A stretch of 64,000 nt of DNA from an uncultured delta proteobacterium (GTDB lineage: Bacteria > Myxococcota > Myxococcia > Myxococcales > Myxococcaceae), in NCBI GenBank assembly GCA_963796055.1, contig CAWCKH010000004.1:1472001-1536000 (forward strand). Direction: 5' to 3'. The position numbers were made by a program, and so were the translations under genes. The notes under the pieces were generated by a model. The model ran no database searches, was not told the DNA's origin, and saw only the letters and a list, made by a program, of their open reading frames with translations. This document shows positions 51,015-60,635 of this stretch, piece by piece (position 1 is the stretch's first letter; the number at the start of each line of letters is the position of its first letter).

Positions 51015-51498
51015 GTGATCTCCCTGCTCCGCATCGACAGTCGGCTCATCCATGGCCAGGTGGTCGAGGCCTGGCTGCCGGTCCTCAAGGTCTCGCGGGT
51101 GGTGGTCGCGGACGACGAGGCGGCGCACAGCCCGCTGATGAGGACCGCGATGGGCCTGGCGGTTCCTCCCGAGCTGGAGGTGGACATCCGTCCGTTGCGC
51201 GAGGTGCAGTTCCCGGCCATCGCCGCCGACGGCGTCCGGACGCTGCTCCTGCTCCGTGACGTCCCGGCGCTCGTGGAGGCAACCAAGGCGCGGGCTTCCC
51301 GGGACCCGGGTGAACCTGGGCAACGTCCACCACGGCCCGATGCGCCGGCAGGTCTCCACCTCGGTGTTCCTCAACGCCGAGGAGATGCAGCAGCTCCGGA
51401 CCATGCACGACGCTGGCTGGGAGATCGAGGCGCGGGGCGTTCCCTCGGAGCGCCCGGTCACCTTCACCGAGATGGTGGACCGCTTCGAGAAGGGCTAG
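51015..51498 (+). pseudogene. PTS mannose/sorbose-class EIIB, frameshifted near 51290 (or a sequencing error)
   Basis: RIDSRLIHGQV N-half in one frame; VNLGNVH...SVFLN.EE...RGVP C-half in the +1 frame, ending TAG 51498. Confidence 0.85.
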
Positions 51499-51509
51499 AC
51501 AGCGCTCCC

Positions 51510-52223
51510 ATGCACGTCGGCTGGGGCCACGTCGCGCTGGCGGGGGCCTGGGGCGCGCTGGTCGGCCTCGAGCGGCGCGCGTTCCTGCAGGCGATGTTCA
51601 GCCGCCCCCTGGTGACCGCCACCGGGATGGGGCTGCTGCTCGGGCAGCTGGAGACGGGCCTCTACCTGGGGATGGTCCTGGAGCTGTTCTACCTGGGGAC
51701 GGCCTCGCTCGGCGCGGCGCTCCCGGAGAACGACACCCTCGCCGCCAGCGGCACGACCGCGGCGGCGGCGATGATGGCCGCACAGACCGGCGGCGGGGGA
51801 ACCCCGGCCATCTGGAGCCTGTGCCTCCTGCTCTTCTCCTGGCTGGGGCTGTTCGGTCGGGCAGTGGACCATCGGGTGGAGGCGCACGCGGCGGCACTGA
51901 GCATGCACGGGCTCGAGCTGGCCGAGCACGGTGAGCTCGAGCGGGCGGTGCGCCAGAACCTCTGGGGCATCTGGCCGTACGCCGTCGTCTACTTCGTGCT
52001 CAACGCCGGCTTCGCGGCGCTGGGGCTGTGGATCGGCACCTTCCTCCCGCAGGTCCCGCTGGTGGTGCTGCGGGGGCTGGCCTGGGCGTTTCCGGCGATG
52101 GCCTCGGTTGCCGCGGCCGTCGCCGCCCGGGGTTCGCATGCCCGGCACCCGGCGCTCTGGGGGCTGCTCGGCGCTGCGCTCATGACCGTGGCCACCCTGA
52201 TCCACGCCTGGGTGAGCGTGTGA
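51510..52223 (+). CDS. PTS mannose-class EIIC
   Basis: QAMFSRPLV, G..LELFYLG..LGAALP. Confidence 0.88.
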   Translation: MHVGWGHVALAGAWGALVGLERRAFLQAMFSRPLVTATGMGLLLGQLETGLYLGMVLELFYLGTASLGAALPENDTLAASGTTAAAAMMAAQTGGGGTPAIWSLCLLLFSWLGLFGRAVDHRVEAHAAALSMHGLELAEHGELERAVRQNLWGIWPYAVVYFVLNAGFAALGLWIGTFLPQVPLVVLRGLAWAFPAMASVAAAVAARGSHARHPALWGLLGAALMTVATLIHAWVSV

Positions 52224-52987
52224 TCGGCCCCGGGACCCACCTGCCGCAGTCGGTGAAGCTGCGGGTCTTCCTGCGCTCGCTGCTGCTCCAGGCCAGCTGG
52301 AACCCGAAGGGCATGCAGAACCTGGGGCTGGTCTACGCGCTCTACCCCGCGCTCGAGGTGCTCTATCCGGACCCGGAGAAGCGGCGCGAGGCGGTGCAGC
52401 GCCACCTGACCTTCTTCAACACCCACCCGTACGTGGCCGCGGCGATCGTGGGCGGGGTGCTCTACCACGAGGAGCGCATCGCGGCCGGCGAGGAGGATCC
52501 GAGCCGGGTCAACGACTTCAAGAGGGCACTGATGGGTCCGCTCGCCGCGCTGGGCGACGGGTTCTTCTGGCTCTCGCTCCGACCGGCGGTAGGAGCTCTC
52601 TCTGCGGCGCTGGTGCCCTGGCTCGGGGCCTGGGCAGTCGTGCTCTTCCTGGTCCTCTACAACGTCGTCCACTTCACCTTGCGTGCCCAGCTCTTCCGGA
52701 TGGGGCTCCAGCTGGGGGACCGGCTGGTGGAGGCTGTGGCCCGGGCCCACCTCCCCTCGCGGGGCGCCCGCCTCCGGGCGGTGGCTGCGGCCAGCGCGGG
52801 TGCGGCAGCGGCGTACCTGGCCTTCGCCTTCGGGGCGCAACAGGGGGGCATCGACGGCTGGCTCCTCGCGGGTGGTTGTCTCGCCCTGGGGGCGCTCAGC
52901 TACGTTCTGGCTGCCAGGAAGGTTCCCACCGCCGTGCTCACCGCCATGGCGGCGTTGCTGGCGGGGTGCCTCGGGGCCTGGCTGTAA
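52220..52987 (+). CDS. PTS mannose-class EIID
   Basis: QASWN..GMQNLG, FFNTHPY, MGPLAALGDGFFW. Confidence 0.93.
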   Translation: MIGPGTHLPQSVKLRVFLRSLLLQASWNPKGMQNLGLVYALYPALEVLYPDPEKRREAVQRHLTFFNTHPYVAAAIVGGVLYHEERIAAGEEDPSRVNDFKRALMGPLAALGDGFFWLSLRPAVGALSAALVPWLGAWAVVLFLVLYNVVHFTLRAQLFRMGLQLGDRLVEAVARAHLPSRGARLRAVAAASAGAAAAYLAFAFGAQQGGIDGWLLAGGCLALGALSYVLAARKVPTAVLTAMAALLAGCLGAWL

Positions 52988-53002
52988 GATGCATGGGGAG
53001 AG

Positions 53003-53287
53003 GTGATGTCGTCGGAGAGCGCGGAAAGCGAGTTCACCATCGTCAACCAGCTGGGGCTCCACGCCCGGGCGGCCGCCCAGCTGGTACAGCTCGCCAACGG
53101 CTGCAAGTGCGATGTCACCCTCAAGACCGATTCGGAGTCGGTGAACGGCAAGTCCATCATGGGTGTGCTGATGCTGGCGGCGGCCCAGGGGCAGGTGCTC
53201 ACCGTCACCGCGGTGGGCCCCGGCGCGGCGGACTGCGTCCGGGAGATCGGCGAGCTCATCGCCAACCACTTCGGGGAGGCCCAGTGA
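53003..53287 (+). CDS. ptsH: Phosphocarrier protein HPr
   Basis: NQLGLHARAA (His15), NGKSIMGVLML (Ser46). Confidence 0.96.
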   Translation: MMSSESAESEFTIVNQLGLHARAAAQLVQLANGCKCDVTLKTDSESVNGKSIMGVLMLAAAQGQVLTVTAVGPGAADCVREIGELIANHFGEAQ

Positions 53288-53297
53288 AGGTAGCGGC

Positions 53298-55058
53298 GTG
53301 AGCACGCAGGCGATCAGCCTCAAGCTCCAGGCCATCGGCGCCAGCCCGGGCATGGCGGTGGGGCGGGCCTTCGTGCTCGACCGCCGTCGGGTGCGGACCC
53401 CGAAGCTCAAGCTCGGCCCCCAGGAGGTGGAGCGGGAGCTGATGCGGTTCAAGACCGCCATCGACCTGTCCGAGCACCAGCTGCTGCAGGTGAAGGAGCG
53501 CCTGGAGCAGAGCGACGGCAAGGACCACGCGCTGATCCTCGAGGCGCACCGGCTGATGCTCCGCGACCCGATGCTGGTCGACGAGGTGAACAAGCTGATC
53601 GCCTCGGACCAGATCAACGCCGAGTGGGCGGTCCGCAGGGTGACGCGGAAGATCAAGCACCTCTTCGACGAGATTCCGGACGAGTACTTCCGCGAGCGCC
53701 GGGCGGACGTGGACTTCATCGCCGACCGGGTGGTGCGAAATCTCCTGGGTCAGGTGGTGGACGTGGAGGAGGAGGTTCCGCAGGGGGCGATCATCGTCGC
53801 CCACGACCTCTCCCCCGCCGACGCGGCGATGCTCGCCCGCACGGGCCGGGTCGCGGCCTTCGTCACCGACGTGGGCGGCTCGACCAGCCACACCGCCATC
53901 GTGGCCCGGGCGCGGAGCACGCCCGCGGTGGTCGGCGCGGGCCGGGTCTCGGAGCAGATCTCCCCCGGCGACATCGTCGCGGTGGACGGCTCGAGGGGGC
54001 TGCTCTGGGTGAACCCGCCGGCAGGAACGCTGACCGACATCCGGGCGGATCTGGAGAAGCTGCTGGCCCGGGGGCGCGAGGCGCTCCAGGTGGCTCAGCT
54101 CCCGGCGGTGACCACCGACGGATTCCGGGTCCGGATGCACGGGAACATGGAGTTCCTGGAGGAGATCCCCGAGCTCCTGGCGGCCGGAGCGGAGGGCATC
54201 GGGCTGTACCGGACCGAGTTCCTCTTCCTCGACCGGCTGGATGCGCCCACCGAGGAGGAGCACTACCTCGCCTACCGCAGCGTGCTGGAGAAGCTCGGCG
54301 GGCGTCCGGTGACCATCCGCACCGTGGATCTGGGCGGGGACAAGATGCCCGGGTTCCGGAAGACCGAGCGCGAGCCCAACCCGGCCATGGGGCTGCGGGC
54401 GATTCGCTACTCGCTCCGGCAGCGGGAGATGTTCCGGGCGCAGCTGCGGGCGCTGCTCCGGGCGAGCGTGCACGGCAATCTCCGGATCATGTTCCCGCTG
54501 GTGTCCGGGGTCGCGGAGCTGCGGGAGGCCCGGAGCGAGCTGGAACACTGCCGTTCCGAGCTGTCGCGCGAGGGCGTCCCGATGAGCGGGCGCTTCCCGG
54601 TGGGGATCATGGTCGAGACGCCCAGCGCGGCGTGGATCGCCGACCGGCTGGCCCAGGAGGCGGACTTCTTCAGCATCGGAACCAACGACCTCATCCAGTA
54701 CACGCTGGCCATCGACCGGCAGAACCGCGACGTGGCGTACCTCTACCGGCCGCTGCACCTGGCGGTGCTCCGGACGCTCAGGGCCATTGCCGAGGCGGGA
54801 CACGCCGCCGGGATCCCCGTGTCGATGTGCGGGGAGGTGGCCGGGGATCCGCGCTTCACCCTGATGCTGCTCGCGCTGGGGCTCGACGAGCTGTCGATGC
54901 CGGCAGGGCAGATTCCGATGGTGAAGGAGCTGATCCGCCGCTGCTCACGGACGGACGCGGTGCAGGCGCTGGACGAGGCGATGAAGCTCACCACCGCCGA
55001 GGAGATCGACCGGCACCTCCGGGCCCTGGAGTCGCGACTGGGAATCGAGGTCGGGTGA
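53298..55058 (+). CDS. ptsI: PEP-protein phosphotransferase, Enzyme I
   Basis: GGSTSHTAI, GIGLYRTEFLF, NPAMGLRAIR, MVETP, SIGTNDLIQY, MCGE. Confidence 0.97.
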   Translation: MSTQAISLKLQAIGASPGMAVGRAFVLDRRRVRTPKLKLGPQEVERELMRFKTAIDLSEHQLLQVKERLEQSDGKDHALILEAHRLMLRDPMLVDEVNKLIASDQINAEWAVRRVTRKIKHLFDEIPDEYFRERRADVDFIADRVVRNLLGQVVDVEEEVPQGAIIVAHDLSPADAAMLARTGRVAAFVTDVGGSTSHTAIVARARSTPAVVGAGRVSEQISPGDIVAVDGSRGLLWVNPPAGTLTDIRADLEKLLARGREALQVAQLPAVTTDGFRVRMHGNMEFLEEIPELLAAGAEGIGLYRTEFLFLDRLDAPTEEEHYLAYRSVLEKLGGRPVTIRTVDLGGDKMPGFRKTEREPNPAMGLRAIRYSLRQREMFRAQLRALLRASVHGNLRIMFPLVSGVAELREARSELEHCRSELSREGVPMSGRFPVGIMVETPSAAWIADRLAQEADFFSIGTNDLIQYTLAIDRQNRDVAYLYRPLHLAVLRTLRAIAEAGHAAGIPVSMCGEVAGDPRFTLMLLALGLDELSMPAGQIPMVKELIRRCSRTDAVQALDEAMKLTTAEEIDRHLRALESRLGIEVG

Positions 55059-55073
55059 AGCCCGGGCTCGTCG

Positions 55074-55390
55074 TCAGGAGCGGGGGCGCTCACCGAGAAG
55101 GGCGGGCTGTGCGTTTCGAAAGAGCTCGGTCAGGTGGGCGGTCGCGGCCCGGACCCGCAACAGGTTGCGGACGTCGCGGTGGACGCCGAGCCACAACCGG
55201 CGCTCGGGGGCGGGCACGGGCGGGCACGCCGCACCATCACCTCGCCCACGGCGGAGAGCTCGGCGCCCTGGGGAGTGCTGCGGAAGAGCCTGGCCCGGAG
55301 CCGCCGCTCCAGGGCCGCGAGCCGCCGCCCCACCGTGGGCTGACTCACGCCCAGGACCGCGGCGGCCGCGGAACCGTGGCGCAGCCCGGG
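55074..55390 (-). pseudogene. LysR family regulator remnant (HTH joined out of frame to the C-terminal end)
   Basis: GS.AAA.LGVSQPTVGRRLAALE..L.ARLF, then LWLGVHRDVR..LRVRA in another frame; middle and start missing. Confidence 0.75.
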
Positions 55391-55634
55391 GATGCTGGCG
55401 TCGATCGGCCGGCGCACCGGGCTCGACCGGCTGCTGGATGCGCCCCTCAGCACCCACGCCATTCACAGCTACAAGCCGGACCCGCGGGCGTACCACCTGG
55501 CGGTGGAGGCCTTCCGGCTGCCGAAGGAGCGCATCGCCTTCGTCGCCCATGGAGGCTGGGACGCGGCGGGGGCCGCCTGGTTCGGCTTCCCCACCTACTG
55601 GATCAACCGGACCGGCATCGCGCGCGAGGAGCTC
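55385..55634 (+). pseudogene. Haloacid dehalogenase (HAD type II) C-terminal fragment
   Basis: YKPDPRAY, FVAHGGWDAAGAAWFGFPTYWINR; lacks the N-terminal nucleophile motif. Confidence 0.75.
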
Positions 55635-55857
55635 CAGCGCGTCGGCGCCGAAGATGTCCACGCCCTCCCAGCCCTGGCGCGCCGCAGGCGTGTCCAGCGC
55701 CCGGCCGCCGACGGCGAGCGGTACCCCGGCCCAGCGGAGCGCCCCCACCGCGGCGTGCGCGGCGGGCAGGTGGGTCGGCATGGTCACGCTCAGCGCGACC
55801 AGATCCGGCTTGGTGCGCTCGACGAAGCTGATCAGGCAGCCTGATGCGTCCGGGTGG
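55629..55857 (-). pseudogene. Cobalamin (B12)-binding domain C-terminal fragment
   Basis: FVERTKPDLVALSVTM...VPLAVGGRA...D.FGADA; lacks the N-terminal E/DxHxxG motif. Confidence 0.65.
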
Positions 55858-55873
55858 CGCGGGACCGCGTGGG

Positions 55874-56812
55874 TCAGTCCTGCTTCGACTGCCCGGTGCC
55901 GAGCATCCGGTGCAGAAAGTCCTGCCGGTCCTTCCGCACCTCGGGCGCCTCCATGGCGTGGCTGGTGGGATAGACGCGGAGCTCGCCGCGACCGGAAATC
56001 GCCTTGCGCCAGATCTCGATCTGCTCGGCGGGGACGTAGAAGTCTTCCTGCGCCAGCTGGACGAGCAACGGGCCGTCGATGGCCGGCAGCGCGTCGATGG
56101 GATCCAGGGCGGTGAGGCGTCGCCGGTAGTCCTGCTCGTCGGTGGGCCGCTTCTTCGGGTCGTAGAACATCCAGTGCTCGAAGCGCGGGGTGAGCGCGAG
56201 CAGGACGTGGCAGCGCGGCCGTCCGTCCGCCGCCGAGGCCAGCATTCCGGTCATGCCCCCGAAGTCGTGACCGACCACCGCGAGCCTGGCCGGATCCACC
56301 CCGTTCTCCCGCGACAGAAGCTCGAGCCCGCGCCGCAACGAGATGACCTGGGCGGTGAACGCCGCGGGGTCCTCGTCCATCGTGCGCTGCTTGTACCAGC
56401 CGGGTTGACTCCACAGCGTGTCCACGAGGAGCGACACCGCGCCGAGCTGGGCGAGCGCCACCGCCTCGTCGAGGAACTCGGTCCGGTTGCTGGTGGCAGG
56501 CTCGCCGAGCCAGTGCACCCAGAGCACCGCGGGGCCGCGCCTGGTCCCCTCTGCCGGCCGGACCAGCGTCGCCCCCACCGGCGAGGTGCCCGGGGCACCG
56601 GCATAGGTCAGCTCGACCACGCTGGTGCCCGCGCGATCGGAGGTGGAGAGCACCCGGACGTCGAGGGGGGTGCCGGGATCGGGAAAGCGGGCGTCATACG
56701 CGCGCGAGGCCTCGGGCCGGGGCGGTCCGGCGGACCGGGACCCCTGGCCACCGGTGCTGGCGCAGCCGAGCGAGTGAGCGAGGAGGAGGAGGGCGACGAG
56801 TGGGCGTGGCAT
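55874..56812 (-). CDS. Alpha/beta hydrolase family lipoprotein
   Basis: Lipobox SLGC; PAVLWVHW, VDPARLAVVGHDFGG, QLAQEDFYV, YPTSH. Confidence 0.8.
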   Translation of the reverse strand: MPRPLVALLLLAHSLGCASTGGQGSRSAGPPRPEASRAYDARFPDPGTPLDVRVLSTSDRAGTSVVELTYAGAPGTSPVGATLVRPAEGTRRGPAVLWVHWLGEPATSNRTEFLDEAVALAQLGAVSLLVDTLWSQPGWYKQRTMDEDPAAFTAQVISLRRGLELLSRENGVDPARLAVVGHDFGGMTGMLASAADGRPRCHVLLALTPRFEHWMFYDPKKRPTDEQDYRRRLTALDPIDALPAIDGPLLVQLAQEDFYVPAEQIEIWRKAISGRGELRVYPTSHAMEAPEVRKDRQDFLHRMLGTGQSKQD

Positions 56813-56927
56813 GGGCGGCGGGCACTCTCCGCGGCAGAGCACGCCGACCGCAACTGGGCTGCCGTGGAAAAGGACTGGCGAGCAGTGGTCCGGCTGCGCT
56901 GTGCTGCCGGTCTCCACGGGAGCCGCC

Positions 56928-57719
56928 ATGGCCAACCGCCGCCGGAAAGGGAAGGTCGACGAGGCGTACGAGTTCGAGGTCTACCCGCCGGGCACCCTCT
57001 CGCTCGACGGGGTGGATCTCTCCATCCGCCTGCCGGGTGACGAGGCCTACGAGCGGGAGCTGGAGCGGCGCCAGCGGGAGATATTCGGCCTGCAAGTCAG
57101 GATGTTCCAGGGCGGCCACCGCGCGATGTTCGTCTTCGAGGGGTGGGACGCGGCGGGGAAGGGGGGTTGCATCAAGCGGCTCACCGCGGAGCTCGACCCA
57201 CGCGGATACAAGGTGTGGCCCATCGGCCCGCCGGACGAGGAGAGCCGCCGCCACCACTACCTCTGGCGGTTCTGGAACCGGCTCCCCGGCAAGGGCGAGG
57301 TCGCGGTGTTCGACCGCAGCTGGTACGGCCGGGTGCTGGTGGAGCGCGTCGAGGGGCTGGCGCGGAAGGCGGAGTGGAAGCGCGCCTACGACGAGATCAA
57401 CGCCTTCGAGCGGATGCTGACCTCGGACGGCGTGCAGATGACCAAGTTCTTCCTCCACATCGACCGGAAGACCCAGCTCGAGCGCTTCAAGGCCCGGGAG
57501 ACCGACCGGTTCAAGAACTACAAGATCGGCCCCGACGACTGGCGGAACCGGCGGAGATGGAAGGATTACGAAGGGGCGATCAGCGAGATGCTGGACCGCA
57601 CCCACCGCCCGGACGGACCCTGGGTGCTGATCTCCGCCAACGACAAGCACCACGCCCGGCTGGAGGTGCTGCGGATCTGCGCCGACGTGATGGCGTCGGC
57701 GCTGGAGCGGGGCCGCTGA
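56928..57719 (+). CDS. ppk2: Polyphosphate kinase 2 family protein
   Basis: FEGWDAAGKGG, LDPRG, HYLWRF, FDRSWYGRVLVERVE, DWRNR. Confidence 0.93.
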   Translation: MANRRRKGKVDEAYEFEVYPPGTLSLDGVDLSIRLPGDEAYERELERRQREIFGLQVRMFQGGHRAMFVFEGWDAAGKGGCIKRLTAELDPRGYKVWPIGPPDEESRRHHYLWRFWNRLPGKGEVAVFDRSWYGRVLVERVEGLARKAEWKRAYDEINAFERMLTSDGVQMTKFFLHIDRKTQLERFKARETDRFKNYKIGPDDWRNRRRWKDYEGAISEMLDRTHRPDGPWVLISANDKHHARLEVLRICADVMASALERGR

Positions 57720-57735
57720 GCGTGGCTCCCGGCGC

Positions 57736-59121
57736 CTACCGTGGCGCCGTGACCTTCACCGGACCGAACTGCTTCAGCGAGTCCTCGACCACCTTCCGGT
57801 CGCCCACCACCACCAGCGTCATCCGGGATGGGTCGAGGTACTTGCGGGTGATGCGGGTGACGTCCGCCGGCGTCACCGCCTCCACCCGCTGCACGTACGT
57901 CCGCAGCCAGTCCGCCGGGAGGCGGTGCAGGTCGATGAAGCGGAGCTGGCCGATGATGCCGGCGCGGTCGCTGTTGCGGAGCACGAACGTTCCGGCGACG
58001 TACTTCTCGATGCCGGTCAGCTCCTCGGAGGAGGGAGGCTCCTTCCGGAGCCGCTCCACCTCTGACACCACCTCGCGCAGCGCGGCGGCGGTGTCCTTGG
58101 TGGTGACGTCGGCCGATTCCACCCAGATCCCCACGCCAGAGTGGAGCCCGATCGCGCTGTTCGGCGAGTAGGTGTACCCGTGCTTCTCGCGGATGTTGGC
58201 GGTGATCCGGCTGCCGAAGCTTCCGCCGAGCAGCGTGTTGGTGACCACCAGCGGGATGTAGTCCGGGGAGGTGGGCGGCACGACCGGCAGGCCGATGCGC
58301 ACCGTCGACTGAATGGCGCCGGGCCGGTCCACCAGGAACACCCGCTTGCCACCCCGCGGGCTCGGCCTGGGCCGGGCCGCCGCCTTCGCCTTGCTCCAGC
58401 CGCCGAACGCCACGTCGATGGCGGCGCGCACCGCGGCCGGGTCGAAGCGCCCCACGACGTAGAGGTGCGCCCGGTCGGCGCCGGCGTAGCGGGTCCACAG
58501 GTGGCGCGCCTGCTCCAGGGTGAACTTCTCCACCTCGGCGGCCACCGGGAGCACCCGGCCGTAGGGGTGGTTGCCGTAGATGGCCCGGGCGAATGCCTCC
58601 TCGGCCAGCGGCTGCGGCTGGCTCCGCTGGATGGCCAGCTCGCGCAGCAGATCGCCCTTGAGACGTGTCAGCTCGGCCGCGGGGAAGGCCGGAGTGCGGG
58701 CCACCTCCGCCACCAGCCGCACCGCCTCGGCGGTGGAGTCGCCCAGGCACTCCATGTCCAGCGAGGTCTCGTCTGCCCGGACGTTCACTGCCAGGGCGCC
58801 GCCGAGCTTCGCCGCCGCCTCGGCGAGCTGGAGCGCACTCTTGGCCCCGGTGCCCTGGAGCAGCAGCTTGCCGGTGAGATCGGCCAGGCCGGTCTGCCCC
58901 GCTGGCTCGTCCACGTTCCCGAGGCGGACGACCAGCGAGACGTTCGTCTTGGGCACCGCGCCGTACGGCACCAAGGTCACTCGAAGTCCGCTCGGGAGCT
59001 TGAGCTGCGTCGTCGCCGGCAGATCGAAGGGCGGGGTGGGTCCGGCGGCAGGTGGAGCCTCCGGCGCGGCGACGGCGAACCCGGCGGAGAGCAGCGAGAG
59101 CCCGAACAGGGTGCGGAGCAT
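57736..59121 (-). CDS. M16 family peptidase, non-catalytic subunit
   Basis: M16 fold, LLGGSFGSRI..NIREKHGYTY; no HxxEH. Confidence 0.88.
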   Translation of the reverse strand: MLRTLFGLSLLSAGFAVAAPEAPPAAGPTPPFDLPATTQLKLPSGLRVTLVPYGAVPKTNVSLVVRLGNVDEPAGQTGLADLTGKLLLQGTGAKSALQLAEAAAKLGGALAVNVRADETSLDMECLGDSTAEAVRLVAEVARTPAFPAAELTRLKGDLLRELAIQRSQPQPLAEEAFARAIYGNHPYGRVLPVAAEVEKFTLEQARHLWTRYAGADRAHLYVVGRFDPAAVRAAIDVAFGGWSKAKAAARPRPSPRGGKRVFLVDRPGAIQSTVRIGLPVVPPTSPDYIPLVVTNTLLGGSFGSRITANIREKHGYTYSPNSAIGLHSGVGIWVESADVTTKDTAAALREVVSEVERLRKEPPSSEELTGIEKYVAGTFVLRNSDRAGIIGQLRFIDLHRLPADWLRTYVQRVEAVTPADVTRITRKYLDPSRMTLVVVGDRKVVEDSLKQFGPVKVTAPR

Positions 59122-60557
59122 CACTTGCCTCCCGCCGGCTGCAGGGCGACCACGGTGCGGTTGGTGGGGCGGAGCCACTCCTCGGCGGTCTTCTGGATGA
59201 GCTCGGGAGTGACCGCGAGGAGGCTGGGCTCGATGCGGTTCACTGCCGCGGCGTCTCCGTCGAAGAGCGCGTGGGTGGCGAGCAGGTCGGCGCGGCCGAA
59301 GCCGTACAGCCGCTCGAGGTCGGTGTAGTAGGCGCTCCGGGCCTTGACCTGGGCACGCTCCAGGGTCGACCGATCGACCGGCCCGTGGCGCAGCGGCTCG
59401 ATCGCCGCGTCGATGGCGGAGACGATCTCCTTCGGCGAGTGCTCTGCGTCGTGGAAGAGGTAGGCCATCCACAGCATCGGCCCCTGGTAGTTGTACTGGT
59501 TGCCCAGCAGATTCGCCCCGCCCTCGACCTCACCGGTCAGGCCGCGCTTCTGCACCAGCTCCTGGTACAGCCGGCTGTCGGGACCCTCGACCAGGATCTG
59601 CTGGATCAGCGCCATGGCCCAGAACTCGGGCGAGCCACGCGGCGGCATGTGGTAGGCGACAGCCAGCGCCGGCCGCTTGGCGAGCTTGTCGTCGACGGTC
59701 TTCCACTGCTCCTCGGTCTGCCGGGGCTCGCTGAGGTCGGGAATCGGCGGGACGTCGGCCCGGGGAATCCCCTCGAAGTACCGCGAGACCCACGCCTTCA
59801 CCTGTCCGGGGTCGAAGTTGCCGCTCACCACCAGCGCGGCGTTGTTCGGGGCGTAGAAGGTCTTGAAGAACTGCTGGACGTCCGCGAGCGTGGCCGCGTC
59901 GAGATCGGCCAGGTCGCCGTAGAAGTTGTGGGCGTTGTACCAGTTCTTGTTCGCCAGCTGCGGCACGGTGAGCCACGGCCAGCCGCCGTAAGGCCGGTTG
60001 AGCACGTTGACCCGCACCTCGCTCTTCACCACCCCCTGCTGGTTGGTGAGGTTGTCCTGGGTCACCTTGAGCCCGCGCATCCGGTCTGCCTCGGCCCAGA
60101 GCATCGTCTCCAGCACGTTGGAGGGAACGACCTCGAAGTAGTTGGTGAAGTCGAAGCGGGTCGAGCCGTTGAGAATGCCGCCGTTCCGCTGCACCAGCTG
60201 GATGAAGGCCAGCTTCCCCAGGTTCTCGCTGCCCTGGAACATCATGTGCTCGAAGAGGTGGGCGAAGCCGGTGCGGTCGCGCGGCTCGATGCGGAGCCCG
60301 GTGTGGTAGTAGACGCCGACCGTCACGGTGGGCGCGGTGGTGTCGCGCGAGAGCACCACCTTGAGCCCGTTGGGCAAGGTGTACGAATCGACAGGGATCT
60401 CGAATGCCGGCTTGGCGTCCGGGGGAATGAAGCGTGCCGCCGCGGCGTCCGCCGCCGGCGGTGGAGTGGGCGTCGCAGCTGCGGCCGGGGCGGGCGGCGG
60501 CGGTGAGTGCGCGCAGCCGAGCGCGAGGGCGAGCGACAGGCAGCAGGGAATCCTCAT
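59121..60557 (-). CDS. M16 family (pitrilysin-like) zinc peptidase, catalytic subunit, lipoprotein
   Basis: GFAHLFEHMMFQGS, NGST..D.TNY, EADRM, YAPNNA; lipobox ALGC. Confidence 0.93.
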   Translation of the reverse strand: MRIPCCLSLALALGCAHSPPPPAPAAAATPTPPPAADAAAARFIPPDAKPAFEIPVDSYTLPNGLKVVLSRDTTAPTVTVGVYYHTGLRIEPRDRTGFAHLFEHMMFQGSENLGKLAFIQLVQRNGGILNGSTRFDFTNYFEVVPSNVLETMLWAEADRMRGLKVTQDNLTNQQGVVKSEVRVNVLNRPYGGWPWLTVPQLANKNWYNAHNFYGDLADLDAATLADVQQFFKTFYAPNNAALVVSGNFDPGQVKAWVSRYFEGIPRADVPPIPDLSEPRQTEEQWKTVDDKLAKRPALAVAYHMPPRGSPEFWAMALIQQILVEGPDSRLYQELVQKRGLTGEVEGGANLLGNQYNYQGPMLWMAYLFHDAEHSPKEIVSAIDAAIEPLRHGPVDRSTLERAQVKARSAYYTDLERLYGFGRADLLATHALFDGDAAAVNRIEPSLLAVTPELIQKTAEEWLRPTNRTVVALQPAGGK

Positions 60558-60635
60558 GGCGGGCCGCTCGTAGTCCGGGGACGCCGTCCGCGACAAGCGC
60601 TCTTCCGCGGGCGGCGCCCACGCAGCGGCGGGAGC

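Noticed and set aside
51015..52223. Novel EIIB-EIIC fusion protein
   Set aside because: The missing EIIB half lies intact in the adjacent frame and EIIC has its own ATG, so a single indel explains it
55074..56414. 446-aa minus-strand ORF as a real multidomain gene
   Set aside because: A chance open frame across the hydrolase off-frame, the B12-domain fragment, HAD antisense and the LysR tail
57736..59121. M16 gene lacking HxxEH as a pseudogene
   Set aside because: An inactive partner subunit is normal for heterodimeric M16B peptidases and the ORF is intact
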